Shown: positions 23,761-36,591 of the stretch, piece after piece
How positions within the stretch are numbered: position 1 is the stretch's first letter
Layout of the letters: the number at the start of each line of letters is the position of its first letter
NCBI GenBank assembly: GCA_013265495.1
Contig: MU058037.1
Coordinates: forward strand, 312,001 to 376,000
Origin: Vicugna vicugna
Taxonomy: Eukaryota
DNA: 64,000 nucleotides
Direction: 5' to 3'
The notes under the pieces: generated by a model
Database searches by the model: none
What the model saw: only the letters and a program-made list of their open reading frames with translations
What the model was told of the DNA's origin: nothing
Position numbers and translations under genes: made by a program

Positions 23761-24729
23761 ATCAAGGAGTGTTTCTGACAGACCTGTTCCTTATCATTAT
23801 GTGTTTCTCATTCACACCTTCTCATATGTAAATGATCAGATATTTTGAAAGGCTCAACTTGGTATTGCTGGTCAAAACTCTTTTGTCTCAAGTCTGCAAC
23901 CTTTTGGGACATTAAACAAGGACAGAGCATATACAGACCTCTTACATCTGTTTGGTATGATGGGCAGTATCTGAAAATGGCAGTAACTTTGATTGTGGGA
24001 AAAAAATGACAGCAGTAAATTGGATTTTAAAGACCATCTCAGCTCACCTCCCAGTCAGGCAGATCATAGACCTCAAACTGTATTTCTCGTTATAAAAGTC
24101 ATTCTGTTTATTTTTAAATCTGACAGTTTTTTTAATAGAATAGTGTTCATTCCTTGTAGTGTCCTTTAAGAATATTTTTCTATTAACTCAAAGATTTTGT
24201 GACTTATTCCTCCTTTTACATATCATATAATATATCCTACCCTTTTTTGTCATGTGAGGTTTTTCATGATGGATCATGTCTTCATTTTAAAGAAAAAAAT
24301 CTCAACATCTTCAGCAGGGTGTTTTTCCAGTGGGAATGAATGTGTTTGGGCTATTGAAACATGTGCAGAGTGGTTTTCTGGTTGCTTATGTTAGTCACCC
24401 CAGAGTTACTACCAGCTCAGGACTAATTTTTATGTTAATATCTCAACTTAGAAAATCCAGCATCCTCAGGAAGGACACATTTGTGGACTGTAAATCTATA
24501 TGTGACACCATCTTGAAATTTTACTTGCTCATCAGACTTCTGTTTTTTTTCAATTTAGAGACAAAAGGCTGAGGCAATTTTTCTTGACATTTTCTTGGGA
24601 TGGCAGTGTCAGTCTTTCACTGTATATGTAGCCCTTCTTTTGAGGATTCTGGTTTTATGAAAATGTCTCAATGCCAAATTCTTGCCTTCTAACCATCTAA
24701 GCTTTTATTTATTATCTTGTTCATAGATT

Positions 24730-25490
24730 ACAACAAAAATTCCATATCAAGACCATATAAAGAAATCTTACTAATCAACAATAAAAGCTAAACAACCCAA
24801 TGTAAAAAAAAACTAAGCAAAATATTTGAACAGACACTTTACAAAAGGAGATACACAAATGATCTATGAGAATATGCTCAAATCATCATTCATCAGGGAA
24901 GTACAAATTAAAACCACACCGACTAAAACGGCTACAATTCCAAAGGTTGACAACACCAAGTGTTGTTAAGTATGCGGAACAACTGAAAGTCTCAGCCATT
25001 GCTGGTAAAAGGTGAAATGTTTAGAAAACAATCTAGCAGTTTCTTAAAAGGGTAAATATATACTTACCAGCAATCCCATTCCTTTGTATTTTCCTAAGGA
25101 AGGTGAAAACATGTATTTCCACGAAGATTTTATGAGTGTTCATAGCATCCTTACACATAATATGTAAAAACTGGAAACAACCCAGATGTCCATCAGCTGG
25201 TGAATGGATTAACAAAATACTGTGTATTTATTTATTTATTTTAAAGCAGATCAGTGGGAAAAAAAAAATAAAGCAGATCAGTGGTTGTCTGGACTGGGAA
25301 AGGGAAGAAGAGTTGATTGAGTAGGGGCATGTGGATACTTTTTGGGGAGTTGAAAATATTCTGTATCTTGAATGTGATGGTGGCTACGTGGCGTGTACAT
25401 TTACCAAAATACATTGGATTGTGCATCAAAATATATGCATTTTATTATACATTATATCTCAAATGTTAAGAAAAACATAAAACAAAGGCA
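24730..25490 (+). mobile_element. L1MB/ME-like ORF2 end plus 3' UTR
   Basis: TATTTGAACAGACACTTTACAAAAG; ACAAATTAAAACCACA; CTGGAAACAACCCAGATGTCCATCA; GAAAATATTCTGTATCTTGA. Confidence 0.85.
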
Positions 25491-26214
25491 ATATCTACCT
25501 TTTTCCCCAGTATAAACCCCTGGAGTGGCTACCATATCAGCTAGTATACTACTTTGACTTTCAAATCCTTCTGCATTTCTGGTGTATAAAATTTTTCTAT
25601 TTTACTTCTTGTACACTGAAAACTATAAGGCTCTGATTAAAGAAACTGAAGAAGACACAAAACAAATGGAAAGACATCCTGTGTTCCCTGACCATGGGGA
25701 GGCAGCCGCTGCCACTGGGCTTTCCAGTACAACCCCTAGCTTTCTCTGGCAGCCAGACTTAGGAAAACCCTCAGGGGAGACGAGCTAAGGGATTCCGTTA
25801 GAACCCAGGCGCTGCCGACCGTTGGTGGAACCTCCCCATGCTCAGGATTCCAGAACACTTCTGTGTGAGTGGGGGAGCTCGAGAGAAACCTCCACCCAGC
25901 TATCTTCAGTCACAGGTGTTCCCTGCTAGGTTAAATTTGCTTTTAACTTTTAATGCTGTTTTGAATGAGATATTTTCTTCATTTTTCAGAAGTTTCGTTC
26001 TTAGTACCTAGAAATGTTTCGGGTTTTTTTGAACATGGTAAATGTTACTGTAAGAGCAATTTCACATTAGCTATATTACTAGTTCTAGAAATTGTAGAGT
26101 CCTGTGATTTTTGTCTTCGTTTTTGTCAGATGGTGAGTTTATTGTGGGAATTAACTTCTACCCCATGAAAAATACCCTAGATGATGGATATTTGAGGAAT
26201 ACAAAGAGGACGGT

Positions 26215-26410
26215 AGTATTTATTTCGTATTTATTGTTTGTTGGGCACTTTTCTAGATGCTTTCACCACTGACGGCTAATTCAATTCTCATACCAACATT
26301 TAGACTAAGTGTTATTAGCCACATTTATCTGTGTGGAAACAGGGAACTTGGTTTGGTTCCTGCTGGCAACAAGTTACAATCTGAAATGCAGACCAAGCCT
26401 TCTGATTCCA
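26215..26410 (-). mobile_element. MIR
   Basis: Antisense core-like TATTAGCCACATTTATCTGTGTGGAAACAGG; GGCACTTTTCTAGATGCTTT. Confidence 0.55.
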
Positions 26411-27349
26411 ATTTCAGGTTTTTGTTTGTTTGATGTTGAAATGTATCACATTCTTAACATTGATGCATCACTTATAAAATTAAAATATGAACATATTTTT
26501 ATTCCTGCAAATACTCTTAAAGACACTGTTTATAATGTAGTTTGATTCCCGTTATGTTATGTCCCTGGTAATAAGGTCATTCAAACTGAATACCAGTCAT
26601 ATATTTATCCTTTAGAAAAATCTATCGTAATATGCTAGTTGCCTGATTTGTCCTTATATTTAGGAAGCATTCTCATGACTCCTGCCTAGGATGAAGTTCC
26701 CCTCACTGGGGTTAGGTGTGGTAGGTGACAGGACAGATTTATGACCTCACCATTCAAGAATAAGGGCAACTGTTGTCTGTATCCCGGGTGAAGAACATCT
26801 GAAAACCCAGGAAAAGTCTTAAACATAACACTTCATGTTTTCGATAGAGGAGTACAATGCTTAAAGTAATTTATATGGGCTAGAATCTGGAAATAACCTA
26901 TGAGGCATCATACTTGGGAGGGGGCCTTTTATGGAATACCTGCTCTTAAATCTAGGACAGAAAAGGAAATTTAAGATGGACAACCACTGTATTATTTAAG
27001 TGAGGAAATGGTATGGTAATTTGTACTTAAAAATTGCTCTATGTCATTTTGGAGGATAAATTGGAGTGGGAAGACCCAGAAGTTAATAAGACCAATGAAA
27101 AGGGTATTACATTAATCTTTTAGAAAGGATACAGATTTGACCTATAGCGTCAGCAGAGAGTCATATAGTCACTAGGGGGATAATAGAGAAAGGATTCTAC
27201 ATTTTTGGCTTAGACAGTTTAGTAGATTGAGGGGCTAATTAAAATGCTTACGTCATGCAGGCAATGAATGTGGATGCCCACTCAAATATAAGCTATGAGC
27301 ACATTAGAAAGCCTTTGTTATGGTGATCCAAGCTCTAATGAAGAGAGAA

Positions 27350-27495
27350 AAGGGTTTCTCAAATTTTAATGTGAGTATGTAATAACTGGGGATCTTGATA
27401 CTATGGATTCTAACTCAGTTGGTTTGCATTTTTAACATTTTCTCAAGAGATCCTGATGCTGTTGGTCCTCAGAACTCACTTTGAGTGGCAAGTCC
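27350..27495. mobile_element. MER5A-like hAT-Charlie MITE
   Basis: GTTTCTCAAATTTTAATGTG...GATTCTAACTCAG...TGCATTTTTAACA...GATGCTGTTGGTCC...CACTTTGAGT. Confidence 0.7.
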
Positions 27496-27715
27496 CTAGC
27501 CATCTACTTCACTCTGAATACGTAATCTTTGTTCTCACCTTCTCTGATTCTCTTGTATTTGTTTGGTACCATATATTGGCTCTAACTTCTCTTTGCTGGG
27601 TCCCTTTTATGAACAGCTGACTTTAAATGACAATTTATGGCCTCACAATGGAACTGAACTTTTCAGTATCGTCCTTCTACTAAAGTTATAGATTTGGGAA
27701 TCATTTCACATATGT

Positions 27716-28142
27716 TAGAGCAGATTCTATAGGTGTCCTGCCCACGTATCCTTGTCCCTTAGCATTGTAGTACAGACTTCCAGTTGTGTTTTTATGACTA
27801 AGGAGTTTTCCTAGTATCTAGTGCATGCTTTACGCATGTATCCATGTTCCTAGCAAACTAGAAGAGCCAAACCAGTAGGCCATGACCAATGACTGCTGGG
27901 AATTGGTATATAAATAACTAAATTCTCTCATCTCTCAAGTTGGATATCTCTGGGGCATGTCTTCTACCTAGTTTCTCAGAGTTCTCCAGTGGGCTTTAAA
28001 TCCAGTTACCTCCACTGGTATCTCGCTTAGAAAAATCACCCCTTTTTATCTGTTTTCTTTTCCCTATCTCACTTTGCTGCTCGGTTGATATTTCCCAGGA
28101 TCACCTCCCAAACAAATTGCTTCTTTGGGGAATCTAAAGACA
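27716..28142 (+). mobile_element. ERVL solo LTR (LTR16-family) inside an antisense L2
   Basis: CCAATGACTG...GGTATATAAATA...CAGAGTTCTCCAGTGGG...GGATCACCTCCCAAACAAA...GGGGAATCTAAAGACA. Near-TSD TATGT/TATCT. L2 is continuous across it. Confidence 0.7.
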
Positions 28143-28314
28143 TATCTGGTAGTTAAAATTGAGTGCATACATGAAATCACCAGGAGAGAGTGTATAGAGT
28201 AAAAAAGAATGATGTCTGAGATGGAGGCATGGGAAATATGATATATAGCTGTGTCAAATAAAATAAGTTTAAAGAAGCAGCAGCCAAGGAGGTAGAATGA
28301 AAACTTTGCAACCC

Positions 28315-29155
28315 AGTTCTTTCTCTTGAGCTCCAGACTTATATATCCAACTACCTTTTGAGCAGCTGAACTTGAACATGAAGATTTCTGTGAAACAACC
28401 CAAGGGTCATCCTTAACTTCTCCCTCTCAATTACTATTCACATCCAAAAAACCAGTAAAACCTACTAAAACTAATGCTTATACAATCTCACATAGCTATT
28501 AAATGCAGTCATCCCCTTCTCCATATTCTTTACTGCCACCACCCTAGTTGAAGCCACCATCAAAGGCCCTCATTTTGACTAATCAATTCTCCAACATGCA
28601 GCCACACTGATCATATGTTCTTCTGCTGAAAGCAGTTCAAGGCTCTCCATTCCTTTTGAAAAGAATCCCAGACTGCCTTGCATGACAAGTATGCTCAGAC
28701 CTCCATCCCACTCTCTCATTGATTTGCTTCTGATACTCTAAGCTCTAGCCATCCTCAGCTACTGAAAGTTACCCCAACTCTCTATTCTTTCTTACCTCTG
28801 GGCTCATGTACATACTGCTCCCTTTTTTGGAATTCTCTTTCCCCAAATCCATTTCCCAGTGACTTGAGTAATTCTTTCACACTCAGTTTGAATGATACCT
28901 GCTATTGGAGTCTCTCAGCCTCCAAAGTCTGCGACAGGAGTCCCCTGTTATTGAAATATTTTATTGCTAGTTTGTGTTATTACTTACAACTCTGCATTAT
29001 AATTGTCTGGTAACTAGTTTTTGGTTTTTTTTTTTTGCACTAGATTCTAAACTCTGTTGAGCTTAGAGACTGTATTTTAAAACTGATTATTGTATTCTGA
29101 CTTCCAGGCATAAAGTAAGTGGACAGTAATTTTTTGAATAAATGAAAGAAATGAC
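28315..29155 (+). mobile_element. L2 3' region
   Basis: CTTGAGCTCCAGACTTATATATCCAACTACC...ACTGCCACCACCCTAGT...tail TTGAATAAATGAA. Confidence 0.75.
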
Positions 29156-30454
29156 CTTGTAGCTTCAAATACTAGAGAGAGTATTTAAGCAAGATAAGAC
29201 TTAAAATAACTGAGATAGTTCGTGCAACCAGGAGGGTTATCAGTGTCTTCAGCAAGAGCAGCTATATTTCAATCTGTGGTATAGTATTTGTGATGCTTTG
29301 GAGGTCAATTTTGAACTGTGAATTAAGATAACAGAAAACATGGAATTTTGAAAAAATCACTAGCGATGGGGGAAGATGTTTAAGAATTACTTCACATGTT
29401 TGTTTTGACCCAATTAATGTTCAGTTTGAGGTAGATGATATACTTTGTCACAGTAAAAAACACATTTCATGTAATGATAGTTTATTTTGCAAACCTGTAT
29501 TTTTATCCTGTAGCAAGTGATCAAAAACTAGGAATAAGTTAAGCCAGGCAATTCTCCTCCCTTTGGCACTGCTAGTAAGTGATTGAGTGATATGTGTTCA
29601 TATATACAGAGTGTGAGAACTCTTAAGCCATGTCACAGCATCACTAAAGAGTAGCAAGTTTTTGCTTGAGGGGCTGTTGGTTGATACGAATTTTTGAAAA
29701 TGTCATGTGTGGAGAGAGAGCAGCCGTAACCCACTTTTTGGTAACATGGCACACAGGCTTGGAAAATTTACGCATCCTGTCTGTAGAGGTTTTCTAGCTT
29801 CCTGATATATAAGATTGAAAAAAAGACCCTCAGAGTATGAATTACTATTGATGTGAAGTGTCAAAAATGTGCTCTATTTCAAGTATGCCTGAGGTATACT
29901 TCTTACGAATTTTACAGACGCTGCTACATTTTATTCATGAAGTGCCTTACCAGAATGCTTGCAGCATAGCACATGAGTGATAAAAATGTTGGGTATATAA
30001 TGAAAAGGTTGTAAATTATATAAAGGAAGGAAACAATGTCTTTTGAACAGCTATCAATCTACATGTCTGTCCTTATTTTTAAAATACAGAACTAAAATGA
30101 ATTAGAAACAACAATGCTCGTTAAACAGTCGTATCGATCATTTAGATAATCTTGTCATTGAGTTTTGTGAAGAACAACTGTTGGTCTAGAGTCAGAGTTC
30201 GAATAGAAGTTTATTTCTTAGGGGCATGATTACATCAGGGTGAGAAAAAAAATTACAAATAGATTCAAAGTAATAATACTTTTTAAAGCCAATTATAATG
30301 ACTTATGAATGGAGATCAAATTACAGGTCACTGAGTTTAATTATATGCCATATATAATGCACATGTATTATATGCATTATATGTAACATAGTTTTCAGAT
30401 ATTTAGAGTCTCTGTCTCCTTTGTCTGTATCTCTTTACATGTGGAAAAACAGTT

Positions 30455-30837
30455 TATTTTATATCAGGGAAATGCAAATCAAAACCACAAGGAAATATCA
30501 CCTTACACCTGTCAGAATGGCTATCATCAAAAAGAACACAAATAACAAATTTTGGCAAGGATGTGGAAAAAAGGGAACTCTGTTACACTGTTGTTGGGAA
30601 TGTAAATTGGTGCAGCCACTGTGGAAAACAGCATGGAGGTTTCTCAAAAAACTAAAAATACAACTGCCATATGACCCAGCAATTCCAATCATGGGTATAT
30701 ATCTGGAAAAAAATACCAAAAACACTAATGCAAAGAGATATATTTACCACAGTGTTCATAGCAGCATTATTTACAATTGCCAAGACTTGGAACCAACTTA
30801 AGTGTCCATCAACAGATGACTGCATAAAGAAGATGTG

Positions 30838-30870
<33 letters not shown>

Positions 30871-31339
30871 TGTATAAAACATATATACAATGGAATACTT
30901 CACAGTGATAAAAAGAATGAAGTTTTGCCATTTGCAGCAACATGGATGGACTTGGAGGGCTTTATGCTAAGTGAAATAAGTCAGACAGAGAAAGATAAAT
31001 ACTGTATGATATCACTTATATGTGGAATCTAAAAAAAAAATACAACCACCTAGTGAATATAACAAAAAAGAAGCAGACTCAGATGTAGAGAACAAACTAG
31101 TGGTTATTGGTGGGGAGAGGGAATGGAAGAGGAGCAATATCAGAGTAGGGAGGGGATTAAGAGTATAAATTATTATGTATAAAATGAGCTGCAAGTATAT
31201 ATGTATAACATGGGGAATATAGCCAATATTTTATAGTAACTATAAATGGAATATAACCTTTAAAAATTATGAATCACTATCTTGTACACCTGTAATATGG
31301 TACATCAAATATACCTCAATTTAAAAAGTTTAAAAAAAA
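30455..31339 (+). mobile_element. Relatively young 5'-truncated L1 (ORF2 C-terminus plus 3' UTR)
   Basis: ORF 30421-30801 is a recognisable L1 ORF2 C-terminus ([31 protein letters not shown]). 11-bp TSD GAAAAACAGTT at 30444-30454 and 31340-31350; A-rich tail. Confidence 0.92.
30841..30868. repeat. (TG)14 microsatellite inside L1
   Basis: Direct reading. Confidence 0.95.
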
Positions 31340-31359
31340 GAAAAACAGTTGATCTATTT

Positions 31360-31630
31360 TCGTTCATTTGAAAAGAATTACTTGAGGCCTACTATGCACT
31401 AGGTACTGTTCTAGCTAAAAAGGGTTATGGAAAACAAGACAGTCACTGTCCTCAACAAATTTCTATTTGAGGTAAAAACATATAAACAAATAAATATAGT
31501 ATATAATATAATGGTAGGTAATAAGAAGTACTATGGATAAAAATAGAACCAGGTAAGAAGACAAAAAGATTGAGAACAGCATGTAAGAAGAGTGGATATT
31601 GTGTGGATAAGGTGGCCAGGGAATCACCTT
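31360..31630 (-). mobile_element. L2 3' end
   Basis: TTGAGGCCTACTATGCACTAGGTACTGTTCTAG...GGTAATAAGAAGTACTATGG...GGTGGCCAGGGAA. Confidence 0.7.
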
Positions 31631-31868
31631 ATCTCCAAATAAGTCACAATATCCAGAATTCCAATTGATGAGTTAAATAAAGGAAGTCTCTTTAGAGGAA
31701 ACCAGAAATTGCTATTTTGGTGGACTTTCATGTTTTGTAACATATTTAAATTTTGTATGTTTTATTCTATTTTTCTATTTTTTCCAGCTTTATTGTGGTG
31801 TGATTGATAAATAAAAATTTTATATGTTTAAAGTGTACAATGTAATGTTTTGATACATGTGTAATTTC

Positions 31869-32249
31869 TTTTATTTTTATTGAAGTATAGTCAGTTACAC
31901 TTTCAGTTTCTGGTGTACAGTATAATGTTTCAGTCATACATATACACATATATATTTGTTTTCATGTTCTTCATTATAAGTTATTACAAGATGTTAAATA
32001 TAGTTCCCTGTGTTATACGGAAGAAATTTGTTTTTTATCTATTTTATATATGTTAGTATTTTGCACATCTTGAACTCCCAATTTATCCCTTCCCGCCCTC
32101 TTTTTCCCTGGTAACCATAAGTTTGTTTACTATATCTGTGAGTCTGTTTTTGTTTTAAAGATAAGTTCATTAGCATTTTCTTTTTTCTTTCTGTCTTTTT
32201 TTTTTTTTTAAGATTCCACATATGAGTGATACATGATACATTTCTTTCA
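31869..32249 (-). mobile_element. Young lineage-specific L1 3' UTR insertion with a perfect 16-bp TSD
   Basis: TSD ATACATGTGTAATTTC at 31853-31868 and 32250-32265. Body TTTATTGAAGTATAGTCAGTTAC...AGATTCCACATATGAGTGAT is an artiodactyl-type L1 3' end. Confidence 0.9.
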
Positions 32250-33161
32250 ATACATGTGTAATTTCCAAGACCACCATCAAGGAGCTTGCCTCCTGGGTTT
32301 TCTTCTAGGAGTTTTATAGGCTCATCTCTTACATTTAAATATTCAGTCCATTTTGAGTTGAGTTTTGTGTTTAGTGTAAGATAAGGATCGGTTTGATTCT
32401 TTTGCATGTGAATATCCAATTTTCCAAACACCATTTATTGAAAAGGCTATCCTTTCCCCATTGTGTATTCTTGGCACCTTGTCAAAAATTAGTTGATTGT
32501 ATTTGTATAGATTTATTTCTGGACTCTTGATTGTTTTCCATTGATTTATTAATCTGTTTTTATGCTACTATCATGCTGTTTTGGTTACTGTAGCTTTGTA
32601 ATATAGTTTGAAGTTAGGAAGTGTGATACCTCCAGCTTTATTCTTCTTTCTCAGGATTTCTTTGGTGATTTGGGGATCTTTTGTGGTTCTATAACAGTTT
32701 TAAGGTTGTTTTTTTCTATTTCTGTGAAAAATGCCAGTGGAATTTTGATAGAGATTTCATTGAATCTGTAGATTGCTTTTGGTAAAATGAATACATTGAT
32801 ACTATTTATTCTTCCAATTCATGAACATGGGATGTCTTTCCACTTATTTATGTCTTTTTCATATTCTTTGATCACTGTTTTACAGTTTTCAGTGTATAGT
32901 TCTTTTACCTCCTTGGTTAAGTTTATTCCTAAGTATTGTATTGTTTTTATGCTATTGTAAATGGGGTTGTTTTCTTCATGTCTTTTTTGGTTAGTTCACT
33001 GTTAGAAACACAGTTGATTTCTGCATGTTAATATTGTATTCTACAACGTTACTATATTTGTTTATTAAGTTCTAATAGTTTTTGATGGGTGCTTCAGGAT
33101 TTTCTATAAAGAAGGTTGTATCATCTGCAAACAGAGAGTTTTACTTCTGCCTTTCTTTCTT

Positions 33162-33163
<2 letters not shown>

Positions 33164-33235
<72 letters not shown>
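33164..33235. repeat. T37-G-T34 homopolymer (retro-insertion scar; see findings)
   Basis: Direct reading; flanked by an 18-bp near-perfect direct repeat. Confidence 0.9.
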
Positions 33236-33239
<4 letters not shown>

Positions 33240-34114
33240 CTGTCTTTCTGATATGGATTCCTTTTATTTTATTTTTTTGCCTAATTGCTCTGGCTAGGAC
33301 TACCAGTACTATGTTGAATAGAAATGGCAAGAGTGGACGTTCTTATTTTGTTCCTGATCTTAGAGGAAAAGCTTTCAGCTATTCACTGCTGAGTATGATG
33401 TTAACTGTGGGCTTGTCATATATGGCCTTTATACCTAATTTGTTGAGAGTTTTTATCATGAAAAATGTTGAATTTTGTCAAAAGCTTTTTCTCATCTACT
33501 GAGATGATCATGATTTTTATCCTTCATTTTTTAATGTGTAGTGTATTACATTGATTGATTTGCATATGTTGAACCATCATAGCATCCTAGGGATAAAACT
33601 CACTTCATCATAGTTTATGATCCTTATTATACTGTTGAATTTGGTTTGTTAGTATTTTGTTGAGGATTTTTGCATCTATGTTCATCAGGGATTTTGGCCT
33701 GTAATTCTCTTTTCTTGCAGTGTCCTTGTTTAAGTTGGTATCAGGGTAATAATGGTGGGTATGTAAAGTGAGTTTGGAAAGGTCCCTCCTCTTCAAATTT
33801 TGGAAGAGTTCAGGAAGGATTAGTATTAATTTTTCTTTTAATGTTTGGTAAAATTTACTAGTAAAGCCATCTGGACCTGGACATTTCTTTGTTAGGAGAT
33901 TTTTGATTACTGATTCCATCTCCTCATTTGTTCTTTTTTTGTTTTTAAAGAAAATCAGAGATTGGATCACAAACGTTGGAAGTAATGTGTTGAAACTGAA
34001 AATAGATGAGGGACGACAAGATCAATTGATCTTATATTTCTAAGGCACAAATACAATATCATCATCATTTTAAATATTATTATTAGCTATAAGTTAAATA
34101 TCAGATGTTTGAGA

Positions 34115-34310
34115 ATAATGACTAAAAGGACAGACTCTGCTCAAAGATACTTGGGTTCACCTTGTAGATATACAGCTTCCAAGTGCGGCAGATTATTTTT
34201 ACTTTGCCACGTCTCAGTTTCGTTATCCATAAAACAGATATTACAGTAACAGTGCTTATTTTACAAGCTTGTTTTCAGGATTAAATATGCATCAAAGAGC
34301 CTGATACTAT
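34115..34310 (+). mobile_element. MIR
   Basis: CAGACTCTG...CTTGGGTTCA...GTCTCAGTTTCGTTATCCATAAAAC...AGGATTAAAT. Confidence 0.7.
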
Positions 34311-34599
34311 TTTTCACTGGAAAAATTAGGAATTTATAATAATGTTTTACCACATTTTTTCTCCTTTTCATTTTGCATAATGTAAGCAGTTATGAGATAT
34401 AGATCCTTTTCAAATTACAATGCAAATGAATTAAAGGTAAATACTGTATTTTATTAGCATAATTCTCATTTATGTCCACTCACTAAACTAAATATACAGC
34501 CATCATCCACTTCTTTCCTAATTAGGGAAATGTTGAAATGGGTAAGGTAAATTTTTCCTATTGTAGATTTTAAAAGGCATTATAATATATAATCTCTGG

Positions 34600-35210
34600 T
34601 TTATGTTGAAAGGTCAGAAAAAGTCCAATTTCTGATCCTTTGTATGTGATCTAGTTTTTTCACCCATCCCTCCTCTCTGGGAGCTTGTAGTATATTCACT
34701 TTTTCCCAGTGTTTTTAAATTTCCTGGTGATGTCCCTTTGGTGAGGGCCTGTTTTAATCTATTGTGCTAGATAGTTGGTGAGTCCTTTCAATCTGGAAAT
34801 CCATCTGGAAAGTTCTCCTGAATTTTATTTTTGATGATTTTCTCTCCTGTGTTTTCTCCCTTCTCTTTTCCTGGAACTCTAACACTGTTAGTCATGTTGA
34901 ATAGTAGAATTCTTGGCTTGATCTGCTTTTCTTATCTTTTCCTCTCATTTTTCATTTCCATCTTTTGCTTTACATTTGGGAAAGTTTTCTCAATTTTGTC
35001 TTCCAAAATTTTAATCTAGCTTTTTTATTTCATTTTCATTGCCCAGATATGTACCATCCAATCTCCTGACTGGAACGTCAAAGTCTGGCTGCTGGCATTC
35101 TGGAGTTGATGGTGGGGAGATTAGTGATCTCAGCATTCAGTAAGTGAATTTTTTTTTAATTCCTCTATTTCCTGTATATTGCCTGTACCTTCTCACTGTG
35201 CCTGGTGTTC
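34600..35210 (-). mobile_element. HAL1/L1 ORF1 relic
   Basis: TCCTTTGTATGTGATC...AAATTTCCTGGTGATGT...GAGTCCTTTCAATCTGGAAA. Confidence 0.65.
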
Positions 35211-36591
35211 ATTTCGTGGTCCTGCAAGTTCCATCTCTATGCTTCTCTACCCTACTTTAGGAGTCTGACCTCTGTGGCTAGTATCAGTCGGGATAGGATT
35301 TGGCCAGTGGGAGGGAAGTGACTATATTTCGGTATTAAAGGGAACAGGGTGGCCCTTCTGTACAACCACTAGTCTTCCTAGGTTCTAGGTAATGGATCTC
35401 TCCCCTTGACGTTTCAGTCCTGCTGCTGGCAGCCACCTTGTGCTCTTGCTAGGCCAAGTACTCCCCCCTTCCATGGATGTTAATTTCCCTTTGTTGAATT
35501 AAACATAACAGAGATACTTTGAGTCATGTATAAAGTGAAAATACAGTTACAACCTGCATCAAAATAATGAGATATATGAGCATAGAACTTGCAAAGTATG
35601 TTAGCAGGTGTTTGGGGATAATTATTCATAAAGAAAAATTTATTTCTTTACATAGAATTCATCACAGAAAACATGAGCTTATTTTAAGTGCATTTAAAAT
35701 AAGATTTCTCTCATTAAAATTTAGTTTATGCACAACTTTGTACAGTATATCAACTGATTAAAGAAGTGAGGAAACTGAGAACAAAGAGAATTAATGACAG
35801 TGGTAAAATTAAAGGGAAAATTTTCAAATTTTCTGTGAGGGCCAACAGGTTTTGAATACTGCCATGGAAAAACATATGCTGTCTAATGACTGTAGTTCTA
35901 TCATTTTGGTTTAGAAATTATACTCTTGAATCCTTAGCCCAAGTAAGTGATTAGAGTCGCATGAGAATGGATCGATGAGAATGCAGTTTTATAACTCTAG
36001 GGCATGGCTAAAATCTAATGTGGCAAGCACTGGAAAAACACAGCTTCTTTTACTTTTAAGGCTCTTCAGTTTGTCATTACTGATTGAGGGTTGTCTGGAT
36101 TGGCTCTCCTGGTCACTCAAATTATCCCAAGAGCTATGTCATTACTGGCAGATGCTCACATGAGATGAGAATGTGTTCTATTCCTATGTATTATGGACAT
36201 TTCAGCTTTGCTTTGGGTGGGGCTATCGGACTCTACACTGTATCACTAACTGTATCTTCAGTAACATATCTCAGAAGCCACATGTCAATTGAGTCGTAGA
36301 AAAAGGAATTTTTAAATGAAGAAGTGTGGCTTAAACATAATTTCTGTCATCTGCCAAGGACATTATCATTTCTTAATCATTGCATGAGCCACATTTTGTA
36401 TAGTGATTAAATTCGAACTAGCTAAAAGTTTCAATCTGTTGAAAAGTTGTGTAGTAAAGCACTTATTCTCTTAAGTGAAAGATGTTAATAGGAAAAAATC
36501 TCCATAACTACTGGCATAGGAGAAATACAATAGCAGTTAATCTTAGAAATTTTGCTGATGGTGAATTTTTGTATTCACAATGTCTGCTAAA

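Larger units (their letters stand above)
31770..33935 (-). mobile_element. L1 (L1MA-like) 3' end plus ORF2 RT region, internally deleted and carrying two later insertions
   Basis: Minus-strand ORFs give L1 ORF2 peptides ([48 protein letters not shown]). The RT motif TTTGCAGATGAT lies at ~33120-33131. Confidence 0.92.

Noticed and set aside
30421..31032. ORFs with clear protein similarity
   Set aside because: They are the frameshifted ORF2 C-terminus of a 5'-truncated L1, so non-functional.
33082..33502. Poly-Phe and poly-Lys ORFs
   Set aside because: They are artefacts of the T homopolymer inside an L1.
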